Positions 49,309 through 61,107 of a stretch of DNA of 64,000 nucleotides are shown in pieces. Within the stretch, counting starts at the first letter, position 1; the number at the start of each line of letters is the position of its first letter. The stretch lies in NCBI RefSeq assembly GCF_963921235.1, contig NC_086108.1, positions 62,436,001 through 62,500,000 of the forward strand, in the 5' to 3' direction. The DNA comes from Mobula hypostoma. Its lineage: Eukaryota. The notes beneath the pieces are model-generated. The model was not told the origin of the DNA. It was given only the letters and a program-made list of their open reading frames with translations, and ran no database searches. The position numbers and the translations under genes were made by a program.

Positions 49309-51384
49309 GGATCTTACGGATGGAGACGCTTTCGGGAGAAAGGTCTGCTAGCTCAATGTAGGCTCGATATTCATATGCTAAACACAAAGGCAATCGCTAC
49401 TACTTAAAAAGTTATAGACAATGCTTAGACAATGCTTCCTTTTGAAGCTACATACAAACATCACACCTTCGGATTTCATCCTTTCCTTCTGACGCCAACA
49501 TGTCCGGGTTGGTATCCACAGCCTTTAGTCCAATCCACAATACATTTATTTAGCATTTTACGTGCTAACATAGAAGACAATTAATATTTATAATGTATAG
49601 ATAATACTGTCTTTGAAACTACAGCATCTGGTCAAACTATGGTGCCAGAAGCATCTGGTATTCACACCTTTTAGGAAGCCCATTGTGGTGGACTCAATCC
49701 ACAGTCCTTTGTCAAACGGTTAAAATAGAAGTCTGGTGGCCAAAGTCATTTAAATGTAAAGAAATCATCTACTTAAAAAAAACTCACTCTAACAGTGACA
49801 AATCAGCATATAGGAGGGAGATTGAAAATCTGGCTGAGTAACAACCACCTCTGACTCTGTCAGCAAGACCAAGGAGCTGATTAGTGACCTCAGCAAGAGG
49901 AAACTAGAGGTCTATGTGCCAGTCCTCTTTGTAGATCTGGAAGTGGAGAGGGTCAGCAGCCTCAAATTCCTCAGTGTTATCATTTCAGAGGGTCTGCCTG
50001 GGCTCAGCATGTAAGTACAATTACAAAGAAAGTATGGCAGTGCTTCTACTTCCTTGTGAGTTTGTGAAGATTCTGCATGATATCTAAAATGTTGACAAAC
50101 TTCTATAGATGTGTGGTGGAGAGTATATTGACTGGCTGCATCAGAGCCTGGTATGGAAACACCACTGCCATTGAACAGAAAAAAAGTAGTGGATGCAGCC
50201 CAGTTCATTATGGGTAAAGCCCTCCACACCATTGAGCACATCGACATGAAGCCTTGTTGCAGGAAAGCAGCATCCCTCATCAGGGACTCCCACCGCCATG
50301 GTTCAGGGACAGTTATTATGCCTCAACCATCAGGCGCTTGAACCAAAGGGGATATCTTCACTCAACTTCACTTGCCCAACAATGAAATGTTACCACAACC
50401 TCTGGACTCACTTCCAAGGACTCTTCATCTCATGCTCTCAATATTTATTGCTTATTTATTTATTAGTATTATTTCTTTCTTTTTGTATTTGCACAGTTTA
50501 TGACTTGTGCACTCTGGTTGAATGCCCAAGTTGGCGTGGTCTTTCAGTGATTCGGTTATGTTTATTATTCTATGATGCATTTATTGAGTATGCCCACAAG
50601 GAAACAAATCTCAGGGCTGCGAACGGTTTCTTCCATAATAAATTTATTTTCAGCTTTGAATACACTGCTATGCATCATCTAGTGATGTCTTTTATGCTAT
50701 GGATCTTATGCTAATGTGCCTGAGCATAAAGTTAATTGGTATGATGCTTCTCCATTAAGCTTATCATCTCATTGCCATGATTGTGAGAGATATACACTTG
50801 TATCACTGCTGCAGAGTTGGTCTGGCAATGATTGTGTGTGTGACCTCTGATGTTACTACCTGACTGTGACTCATCTTTGATTATTCAGCTCTTAGAATGT
50901 TTGTCATGGACATTGCTGAGAAAACCAGCCTTCGGAGAGGCTTAGGAAACGAGCCTTTGGAGAGGCAGAGTAACATGGTGTTCCACTGTGTCTCTTTCCT
51001 TGAGTGCCACCTGTTATTTGAGGCATTGAAAGGGCTGTGAAGTAATAACTTCTGTCAGGAAGCATTGCACAACATTAATTAGAACATATTGCTGAGATCT
51101 GAGTGAAACTCTGTGCTCTAGCTGTTGGTAATTCAACTGTTGTGCCTATTGTGTCCCTTGAAATTATTATTTGATGTAATAACATAAAATAAACCCCACC
51201 AGAAGCCTCACAAGAAAGTTTTGTTGGTGAATAGGTATGGATTTCACTGGCTTGAAATGTTTGACCCTCGGTGGCTTCCCTTGCTATCCCTTGAATGTCA
51301 ATCTGATCAAAACATTGTTATTACTCATAAAGTGCTGTAGTTATATTTCCTGCTGGTTTTCAGTGTTCACTCATCTAGAACTGC

Positions 51385-51613
51385 TGATGAGATCCAAAGC
51401 CAAGAAAAAGAACAAAACTGGAACATGAAATAAACTTCATTTAGTGAAACCACACAACTACAAAAAAATCTCAAAATCCAAAAGTGCATCCCAAAACACA
51501 ACTACATAAATGGTTTGCCCTAGAGCATTTGGAATGCTGATAGGAACGATGACCGGTCAGTGAAAGTCAGCCTGAGATAGGTTGTCAACAGGTTGTTTCG
51601 GCTCACCATAACA
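51385..51613 (-). repeat. 3' LTR of the minus-strand Gypsy element
   Basis: TGTTA...CATCA on the minus strand, next to the PPT, homologous to 62610-62840. Confidence 0.75.
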
Positions 51614-51635
51614 CCTCACTCTTGAAGATGATAAC

Positions 51636-51833
51636 TGTGTTATTATGTGTATACATAATAAAGAACTTCAGTTCCCAATGGGCAATGCTTGTGGTTCACA
51701 TGGAACCGAAAGGATACAGGTGTTTATTGCATGAGCTCAGGCTGGAGAAATAGCTATTGCTGTAAATGTGTAAATAAAATAGTTCTCATGTTTTTACCCA
51801 CGCTGTTTGTCTTTACAAAGAATAAGCATAGCA
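51636..51833 (+). repeat. 5' LTR
   Basis: TGTGTTATTA...CATAGCA with AATAAA; direct repeat of 53991-54190. Confidence 0.9.
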
Positions 51834-51851
51834 TGGTGTCAGAGTTGGAAT
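51834..51851 (+). promoter_or_regulatory. Primer-binding site, tRNA-Leu-like (degenerate)
   Basis: TGGTGTCAGAGTTGGAAT immediately after the LTR; compare TGGTGTCAGAAGTGGGAT, complementary to the tRNA-Leu 3' end. Confidence 0.75.
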
Positions 51852-52223
51852 GATGTCAAAATACAGACAGTAAATGAATACCGTGAGTGACAGAAGAAAG
51901 AGATACAAGACAGAGCAAGACACAGCGAGTGAGGTCGGCCAAGGAGGTGGCATCGCTCGTTGTGTCCAGAAGTTCACCAAAAGATTCAGGTGGGAGAAAG
52001 CCGAAACATTCTGTTATGCACAACTGAAGTTCACCTTCACCTATGCAGTTTACCAGCAATCTAATGGATAACTGGAAACACTTCAAACAGTGATTCAATA
52101 TATATATTAGTGGCGAGTAGAGCAAGAGGGGTGGATGAAAAATTGAAAATGTCTATCTTTCTGCTTGTAATTGGTAAATATGCTTTGGACATCTATAACA
52201 GCTTTCAAATTGATGAGACAGCC

Positions 52224-52356
52224 TAAGCACCTTTAAAATTCCACTGGTCTAGATTTGACCAGGCATCACCCCTGAAGAAGATGGCAGAGTTGTCATTGAA
52301 ACACCGATTATAACCGATACCCATACCCTGCTGTAAACCTGAGAAGTGTCTATTCA
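52224..52356 (+). mobile_element. 133-bp insert in gag, probably the pseudo-LTR of a second Penelope-like family
   Basis: TSD tgatgagacagcc (52211-52223) / tgataagacagcc (52357-52369); hammerhead-like CTGAAGA-A-GATGGCA-GAGT-TGTCATT-GAAAC. Confidence 0.7.
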
Positions 52357-53148
52357 TGATAAGACAGCCCTTGCATTGGACTCTCTGATGGCAAAATTTG
52401 GGGAGTATTTTGTCCCAAGTAAAAGGGTCAGGTTAGAGAGATATAAGTTCTTTTCCTCTGACCAGAAACAAGGTGTTAGCTTTCATCAATATTTAGCTGA
52501 GCTTTTCACACTAAGTAAATCCTGTGAGTTTGGAGATTTGAGAGACGCACTAGTCAGAGACAAAATAGTTTGTGGAGTCCCAGATAATGGGCTCAAAGAA
52601 AGCTTGCTCCGTGAAAAAGATCTGATGCTGGGAAAGGCTATGAATATGTGTTGGGCAGTAGAGACCACACGAACAAAGCTGGGGCAACCAAGATAAAAGT
52701 GCACATTGTTGCTGAGGAAATGGAGGAAGTGTTTGTGGATACTCTGCAGACTGCTGGTGCTGGTACAATAGAATGGATTGTCCCAGTGACTGTGAATGAG
52801 GCAGTAATTCCATGCAAGCTTGGCACCAGAGCCCAGGTAAGTCTGTTATCCATGGAGGATTACAAGACTCTCAAAGTAAAGAGCAAGATTTACCCAGTGA
52901 AGTTAAGAGACAGGCTATACTGGAGAGAACGTTCCAGTAAAAAGGGGCTGTATAATGACCTTCAAGCACAAGGGGCTGCACCTAAAGGAACAGCTACTGA
53001 TTGTAGAAAAGTGAGTACAGCCAGTACTTATTCTGAATGCATGTGAAAGGCTCAACCTGGTAGAAAGGGTTTTTGTCATCGCTTCACAGATGGCTATGCA
53101 GCATTCATGGAAGAGCATGCAGATGTCTTTGAGGGACTCAGATGCTTA

Positions 53149-53676
53149 CTTGAGGTTACTTGAGAAACTCATTACAGCATCCATGGGAGCTCAGAGAGCT
53201 TACGCAAGGAAAGCACAATAACTCCACCTTCCATAGATATCTGTACGAGCTACAGTCAGAATGCCAGTGCTTGATCATGATGACAAAGATGCCAGTCTTG
53301 CTTCCACATCACGCAGCTTTGGTTCAACATCTGTCTCTTATCAACTTCCAGTTAAAGACTGGAAATCAAAACTACCTCCATGAACCTCTCTGAAGTTGAA
53401 GAGGAAGAGTAAAATGGAAGATGGGGTGACCACATGGAGCCAAAGGTCAGAACATCAGCAACAGTGCAAAACAAGCCAACAGGATGAGTTGCTATCTATG
53501 ATACGTAGCCAACAGAAGGCGCTCTGTGAATTGAGACAGAATTCATTGGAACTTGTGCAACAACTCACTGATTGTATGGATGTAGTCCAGGGCTCCATTA
53601 TAAGGCATATGGAGCAAATTATGGTCACACAGCAAGAACGAAACAGAAATGAACTGATAGGATCTTGGCAGAAGGA
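53149..53676 (+). pseudogene. EDC4: Intronless fragment of enhancer of mRNA-decapping protein 4, captured inside the Gypsy element
   Basis: Translates (with frameshifts) to EVT*ET...QGKHNNSTFHR...QNASA..DHDDKDASLASTSRSFGST...LPVKDWKSKLPP*TSLKLKRKSKMEDG...SEHQ...QQKALCELRQNSLELVQQL...QK*TDRILAEG. Colinear with remembered human EDC4 DITRET...QEKHKSLAFHR...QDASAEQSDHDDEVASLASASGGFGT...LPAKDWKTKGSPRTSPKLKRKSKKDDG...TEHQ...QQRELAELRHSQEELLQRL...QRRLERALAEG. Confidence 0.9.
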
Positions 53677-53990
53677 TGTGAAAAAATTGAACATATTGAT
53701 CAGAGTTCTCAGAAAGACACTAATATTAACACAGCAAGTGAAAGTAATTCACCTGTGGAGACAAATAGTGGACCAAAAAAGATCATCAAACCACCTCAGA
53801 GACTGATTGAGAGTTTAAGAGTGAATAAAGGACTGTATATGCTCATTACAATTGGTTAATGTAAATATCTGTGTTGGAAAGCTCATTACAGTTAAAGTTA
53901 ATATAAATACTTTTGTTGGAAAGGATGATTGTTTCTTGCAGGTTTGTGAGGACATAGTATTGTGTTTGTTTTTTTTCTTTAATGAGAAGA

Positions 53991-54190
53991 TGTCTTATTA
54001 TATGTGTACATAACAAAGAACTTCAGTTCCCAGTGGGCAATGCGTGTGTTTCTTGCGGAACCAGAAAGGATGCAGGTGAGCTGCTTACACACACTCGGGC
54101 TGGAGAAAAAGCCATTGCTGTGAATCTGTAATAAAATAGTTCTACCATTTTTACCCATGCTGTATGTCTTTACAAAGAACAAACCTAACA
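53991..54190 (+). repeat. 3' LTR
   Basis: TGTCTTATTA...CCTAACA, preceded by the purine tract AATGAGAAGA. Confidence 0.9.
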
Positions 54191-55213
54191 ATAGTATGTA
54201 AGATTTGTGCAGAGGGTTGATGTGGATTGGAACAAATGGCTTATGCTTGCTATCCGTCCTTCTTACTGGTTGCAGGCTCTGACTTTCTTGTGACATTGCT
54301 TGCGGCTGCACTGATACTGGAGATTAGTTCAGTTGGCGTAAATCAAACACTTCCAGGAGGAGATGAAGGCCCAGCTCTGTGTTTGATGATCTGCCCAATG
54401 AACTTGTTGTGCTGTCAAGAGCACATGGCTGCAACTGGTTGATATGGCAAAGCCAGTGATGTTTGTTTATGATAACTTTGTAGAGCACTTTCCCTATTTG
54501 TTTGATAATCTTACTTGATATCCAGTGGTCTTGCCCATTGCAATACTATCCGGCCAACACTGCGGCTCCGGGTTTGAATGACTTCACCTATCAAGGTCTA
54601 TGGCTGCCTTTATCCACCTGACCATCTTCTGTCTTGAATTTTGATACTTTGGAGCATTACATCCAACACTGTGCAGTTTTCTTCCCAAAAGCACTTCAGC
54701 TGCAGACTTCCTCTTGAGGTTTGGATGTGGTCTAATGCGCTATGTCAGCAGAAATGTATTGAGCGCCTCAGCTGATGCTTCTTCCCTTCTTGATTTCAGT
54801 AGTGACCATTTGAAGGTATCCACAACCCTCTTTGTTTGGTTGTTGCACTGAGGATGATAGGGGGGTGAGTGGATGTGGATAATTCTGTTGTTCTGGAAGA
54901 ATGCAGCGAACTGAATCGAGTGCCATTGTTGAGAAACAATTGTTTCTGGCATCACAAAATGGCTAATGATCTGCAGCAGATGTTGAGTGGTAGCCTCTGT
55001 TGTTGTTGACTTCATAGATAAGACTTTTGGGCATTTGGAAAAGGTGTCAACCAGGACAAGGGAGGTACACCCATTGATTGGGCCAGTGAAGCTAATATGT
55101 ACTCGACTCCAAGGTCTGGTGGCCTGAGGTCATGGTTGGGGATCGACTCTACTTGGATTCTTTGCCACCAAAGAGCACTGAGTATTCTGTTTGCACGCAG
55201 ATGTGATGTCTTA

Positions 55214-55668
55214 GTTTCACCAAGTTGATTCCAGAGATGAGGGGGTCAGACTATGAGGAGAGATTGAGTAGCCTGGGTCTGTACTCACTGGAATTCAGAA
55301 GAATGAAAGGAGATCTTGTAGAAACATAAAATTCTGAAAGGGATAGATAAGGCAGAGGCAGGAAAGTTGTTTCCACTGATAGGCAAGATTAGAACTAGGG
55401 GACATAGCCTCAAGATTGAGGGGAGTAGATTTAGGACGGAAATGAGAAACTATTTTTCTTAGAGGGTGGTGAATCTGTGGAATTCTCTGCAAATATATTT
55501 AAGACAACTTGGATAGATCTTTTCATAGTAGGGGAATTAAGGGTTATGGGGAAAAGGCAAGTAGTTTGAAATGAGTCCATGGCCAGATCAGCCATGATCT
55601 TATTGAATGGCAGAGCAGGCTTGACAGGACAGATGACCGACTCCTGCTCCTACTACTTACGTTCTAAT
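55214..55668 (+). mobile_element. CR1 3' fragment inserted in the Gypsy integrase region
   Basis: ttcaccaagttgattccag...gtggtgaatctgtggaattc...ctcctgctcctac. Confidence 0.88.
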
Positions 55669-58600
55669 GTTATATTCTTCATCTGTGCCCAGCCAGTACA
55701 TTGCGTTCCTTGCCAGAACTTTCATTGAATTGATTTCCAGGTGACTATGCTGTATTTGTTTCAATACTTTTGGTTGAAGTGTTCATGGAATCACTATCCT
55801 GTCTCCAATCAATAGGCAGGAATCCACAGTTGATAGCAATGCATGAAGTTGTTCGATGGATATGACATCTTCCTCAACCTTGATTGGCCATCTGTCAATG
55901 TGGTATTTGGAAATACACTGAAGAAGACGATCTGCTGTTGTTTCTACTCTTGAGCTTGTCAACCGTGGCTGGAAGATTTTCAGCAGCATCCGATACTACA
56001 CAATGGCCTTCACAATCAATTGAAATCACAGCCACAACTGCGTCTTTGCTTTCAGTAACCTGCTGATTCATAAGTCAGGAGAGGGTATCTGTCTGACTAA
56101 GTTGACATGAACTTGATTTCAAAATCATAGGCTTGATTTCAAATCATCATTGCCCACATTAGTAGATGGTTAGCTATATACATGGGATCCCTTTCTTAGA
56201 CTCAAAGATGGACAACAGTGGCTTGTGATCAGTAAGGAGAGTAAGGTGTTTGCCGTAAAGCATCTTGTGGAATTTCTTCATGGAGAAGATGATTCCAAAA
56301 GTTTCCTTCACTATTTGTGCAAAGTTCCTTTCTGCTGTATGCATGACAGCTTTTTCAGAACCATCAGGGAAGATGTAGGATATAATAGATCACAGCAGGA
56401 TGCATCTCATCATCAATGATTGGCAACACTAGATTCAAATGTGTCTAGGGAAGGTCAGATGACAGCATATGATCAAAAGCCTCTTGACATTATTTGGACC
56501 ATTTGCATGTGGCACCTTGTTGAGCAGGGCATTGAATGACTCCCTCAGCTGGTGCCTGGCTGGGAGAAATGCTGAAACATGACTGATCATGCTCAAAAAT
56601 GATCATAAAGTGCTGACATCTGATGGTGGAGGCATCTTTAAGATAATAGTGTTTTTTTTTTCAGGATCTGGGCAAAGACCGTGCTCATCCGTGATGAATC
56701 CCAGATACATGAGGAGGCTGCATTTTTCTGCCTGACGATGCAATCCAAATTCTTGTAGTTTGGTCAGCACGTGGTCCAGGTGTTGGCATAGTTGTGTCTG
56801 ATCCCTCCTCTTCACACTGATGGCATGGAGGTAAATGACATCATCATCAATACCAATCAGCATGGTGTCAATAAACTGTTGGGAAATTGAGGGAGCCACC
56901 TTTATCCTGAAAAGCAGGCAGATGATGGAAAACACCCCTTTACATGCTGTAATAGTGAGAAGCTCCTGTGAATTATCTGTCACCTCTACCTGGAGGTAGG
57001 CTTCAGCCAAGTCCAACTTCACAAAGTTGTGACCACTTTTCAATTTTGTGAAGCGTTCTGCAGGTAGCAGCTACTGGTGTGTCTCTAGAGCCACTCTGAG
57101 ACCAGTTGAGAAATCTGCACACAACCTCACTGTAACATTGGCTTTCTTGGCAATGACTGTTGGAGCAGCCCAACATAAGTAGTTGACAGCTTTGATAACA
57201 CCAGCTTGTTGCAGGCCAGCTAGCTCTTGCTCCACGATTGGTATTGTACTGTGTTTTGTGCTAGTCTTTTGGGACAGAGGACTAACTTTTTGTCTGGATG
57301 GAGATTGAGTTATGCTTGCAGTTTGGTGCAGCAACATAAACCTTCTGGAAACTCTGCTGCATAGCGTTACTGCAGTTGTTGTTGTCCGGTCTCACATACT
57401 AATGGCGGTATGGTGTCAACATGATTTGAATAGCCAATGTCTTTGTACAGACCTCAACCAGAGTGATGCTTTAGAGACCATCCAGTCAATGCCAAGGATA
57501 TTCAGTTCTGGCTGGTCTGTTGGGTAACACATACTTTTGACTTGGTTATCCTTCAGCATCACCATGCAGTGAGCTCGACAATCAGCTGAGACGTTCCACT
57601 TGATGCACTCCAGGCAGAGTGATGAGTTGATTTGACTGCTGGTCACCAAAGGGCCCGCCACATGTGTTTGGAGATGATAGTGATGTTTGATGCCATATGG
57701 AGTTGTAGTTGTAGATTGTTGATAAATAAATTGACATACCATCTCCTGGGGGGTGAAGTCAACTTTGATCGTGATCATTATCTCCTTGTAGATTTTGATG
57801 GCTTTTGAAACTTCTCGTGCTTGTGTTTTACTGGCCTAGAACACAGTGAAGGATGGCAAAAGCCTTCTTTGTGACCATTGCGTTGGCATTTGCTGAAAAT
57901 GTTTTTCTTGTATTGGAAGTTTCTTGCGTAATACCACGCACCACTGTTCCACAAGCTGTGCTTAGTCACCTGTGGACCTGCTGAGTGATGATGTCGGGGT
58001 TACTGGAAAATCTTTTTTACATCTGTTCTGTAGGTTGAACTCCAAGGCTGCTCACAGTAGTCCAGATTATGCCTCACCAGTGTCTTATACAATTTCAACT
58101 TAACATCCCAACTCCTGTACTCAGTACATCGATCTATGAAGACCAATGTGGCAAAAGCTTTCTTCATGACCTATCTACCTGTAATACCACATTCAAGGCA
58201 TTATGACTCTGTATTCCCAGATCCCTCTGTTCTACCATACCCCTCAGTACCACTCACCATGTAAGACACACCCTGGTTGGCCCTCCCAAAATGCAACACC
58301 TCATACCTAACTGTGTTAAATTCCATCTGCCATTTTTTTAACCCATTTTTCCAGCTGGTCCAGATCTCACTGCAAGAAGTGATAGTCTTCCTCACTGCCC
58401 ACTACACCCCAAATCTCGGTGTCAAACGCAAATTTGCTGATCCAGTTTACCACATTAACATCCAGATCATTAATACAGATGACAAACAACATGGGACCTT
58501 GCACTAATCCCTGTGGCACACCACTAGTCACAGGCCTCCAGTCAGAGAGGCAACCATCTACAATAACTCTTTGGCTTCTTCCGTGAAGCCAATATCTAAC

Positions 58601-59351
58601 ATAATTAATTACCTTTTCTTGAATGCCGAGCAACTGAACCTTTTTGATCAGCCTCCTATATGGAACCTTGTCAGAGTCCTTGCTGAAGACTATGTAAGCA
58701 ACATCTACCGCCTTCTCTTCATCAACTTTCCTGGTAACTTCCTCAAAAAACTCTATAAGATTGGTTAGACACAACTTACCATGCAAAAAGCCATGTTGAC
58801 TATCTATGATCAGTCCATGTCTATACAAATACTTGTATATCTGGTTCCTTAGAATACATTCCAATTACTTTCCCACTACTGATGTCAGGCTTCCTAGCCT
58901 ATAATTTCCTGTCTTATTCTTACAGCATTTCTTAAACAATAGAACAACATTAACTATCCTCCAGCACCTCACCTGTGGCTAAGAATATTTTAAATATCTC
59001 CACTGGTCCCTGCAATTTCTGCAATAGCCTCCCACAAGGTTTGATGGAACATCTTGTCAGGCCCTGGGAATTTATTCACCCTAATTTCCTTCAAGATAGC
59101 AAATACCTCCTCCTCTGTAATCTGTATATGGTCCATGATCTCACTGCTGCTTTGTCTCACATTTATAGACTCTGTATCTATCTCCCAAGTAAATACAGAT
59201 ACAAAAAAAAAATCCATTTAAGGTCTCCCCCATCTCATTTGGCTCCACACATAGATTACTAATCTGATCTTCCAGATGACCAATTTTGTCCCTTGCTATT
59301 TTTTTGCTTTTAATATATCTATAGAAGCCCTGAGGATTAGAACAACCTCAT

Positions 59352-60368
59352 GTTCCACAGGGATTGGTGTTGGGACCGTTGCTTTTTATGATGTATGTCA
59401 ATGATTTGGACTATGGGATTAATGGATTTGTGGCTAACTTTGCCAATGATACAAAGATAGGTGGAGAAGCAGGTAGCGTTGAGGAAACAGAGAGCCAGCA
59501 GAGAGACTTAGATAATTTAGGTGAATGGGCAAAGAAGTGGCAAATGAAATACAATTTTGGAAAGTGCATGGTCATGCACTTTGGTGGAAGAAATAAACGG
59601 GCAGACTATTATTTAGATGGGGAGAGAATTCAAAATGCAGAGATGCCAAGGGACTTAGGAGGCCTTGTGCAAGATACCCTAAAGGTTAACCTCCAGGTTG
59701 AGTCGGTGGTGAAGAAGGTGAATGCAATGTTGACATACATTCTATACCTCTAGAAATGGAAGAGCAGGGGTGTGATGTTGAGGCTGTATAAGGGACTCGT
59801 GAGACCACACTTGGAGTACTGTGTGCAGTTTTGGGATCCTTATTTTAGAAAGGATATACTGACATTGGAGAGGGTTCAAAGAAGATTCACGAGAATAATT
59901 CCAGGAATGAAAGGGTTAGGGTATGAGGAACGTCTGGCAGCTCTTGGGCTGTATTCCCTGGAGTTCAGGAGAATGAGGGGGGGATCTCATAGAAACATTC
60001 TAAATGTTAAAAGGCCTGAACAGATTAGATATGGCATAGTTATTTCCCGTGGTAGAGGGGGGTTCTAGCACAAGAGGGTTCGACCAGGATTGAAGGACAT
60101 CCATTTAGAACAGAGTTGCGGAGAAATTACTATAGTCAGAGGTGGTAAATCTGTGGAATTTGTTGCCACGAGCGGCTGTGGAGGCCATCATTGGGTGAAT
60201 TAAGGCAGAGATAGATAGGTTCTTGATTGGCCAGGGCATCAAAGGGTATGGGGAGAAGGCAGTGGAGTGTGGATGACTAGAAGAATTGCATCAGCCCATG
60301 ATTGAATGGTGGAGCAGACTCGATAGGCCAAATGGTCTACTTCTGCTCCTATATGTTATGGTCTTATG
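59352..60368 (+). mobile_element. CR1 3' fragment nested in the opposite orientation
   Basis: VLGPLLF..NFANDTKIGG, RPHLEYCVQFW, 3' end ...atgttatggtcttatg. Confidence 0.92.
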
Positions 60369-61107
60369 TCTTCTTTTAGCCCTCCTGAGTTCCTTCTTAA
60401 ATGTTCTCTTGCAGTCCTTATACTCCTCAAGTGCCTCATTTGTTCTTGCTTGCCTAAACCTGCTATGCACCTCTTTTTTTTTTAACCAGGGCCTCAATAT
60501 CTCTTGAAAACCAAGATTCCATAAACCTGTTATCCTTGCCTTTCATTCTGACAGGCAGATACAAATTCTGTACTCCAAAAAATTTCTCTTCTGGGAGCCT
60601 CCCACTTACCAAGTATGCCTTTGCGAGAAAAAAACCTATCCCAATCCACATTTGCCAGATCCTTTCTGCTGCCATCAAAATTGGACTTTCTTCAATTTAG
60701 AATCTTAACTCGATAACCAGACCTATCCTTTTCCATCATTAACTTGAAACTAGTGGCATTATGATCACTAAATGCAAAGTGTTCCCAAACACGGGCTTTT
60801 GTCATCTGGCCTATCTCATTCCCTAATAGGAAATCTGGTATCACTCTCTCTCTCTAGTTGGGACTTCTAAATGCTGAAAAGGAAACTTTCCTGAACACAT
60901 TTGACAAACTCATTCCTATCCAGCCCTTTTACAGTATTGAAGTCCCAGTCAACAGATGGAAAGATAAAATCAGCTACTATCACAACCTTATGTTTCTTGC
61001 AGCAGTCTGTGATCGCTGTACACATTTACTCCTCTGAATTCATGGACTACTGGGTGGTCTATAATATTATTCTATCAATATGGAATTATATTCTTATTTC
61101 TTGTTTC

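Larger units (their letters stand above)
44964..49794 (-). mobile_element. Solo-LTR-like element (~570 bp: 44964-~45043 plus ~49309-49794), interrupted by Penelope copies
   Basis: TGTT...AACA termini, 5-bp TSD GTGAC at 44959-44963 / 49795-49799, minus-strand AATAAA (tttatt 45025-45030). Confidence 0.75.
44495..50660 (+). mobile_element. Rex1/Babar LINE split at 44963/49795 by a 4.8-kb nested insert
   Basis: IADDSTIVGRIRGSD | KSAYRREIENL rejoins across the insert. Confidence 0.9.
51636..54190 (+). mobile_element. Internally deleted Ty3/Gypsy element (LTR-gag-PR-[EDC4 fragment]-IN tail-LTR)
   Basis: ~200-bp TG...CA direct repeats; PBS; gag (NWKHFKQ, ERYKFFS, CEFGDLRDALVRDKIVCG); protease (CKLGTRAQV, from KLDTGAQV); IN tail KKIIKPPQRLIE. 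Confidence 0.92.
51385..58010 (-). mobile_element. Old Ty3/Gypsy LTR retrotransposon (gag knuckle, PR, RT, RH, IN, 3' LTR), degenerate
   Basis: Zinc-knuckle remnant (KCQRNGHKEGFC), WAAPTVIAKK..VRLCADFSTGL, KLDLAEAYLQV, SPPYHPQCN..KRVVDTFK. PPT AAGAGTGAGG (51614-51623, minus) followed by an LTR starting TGTTATGG. Confidence 0.88.

Noticed and set aside
53149..53676. Functional host EDC4 exon
   Set aside because: Has stops and frameshifts, no splice sites at its boundaries, and is fused directly to Gypsy pol between LTRs.
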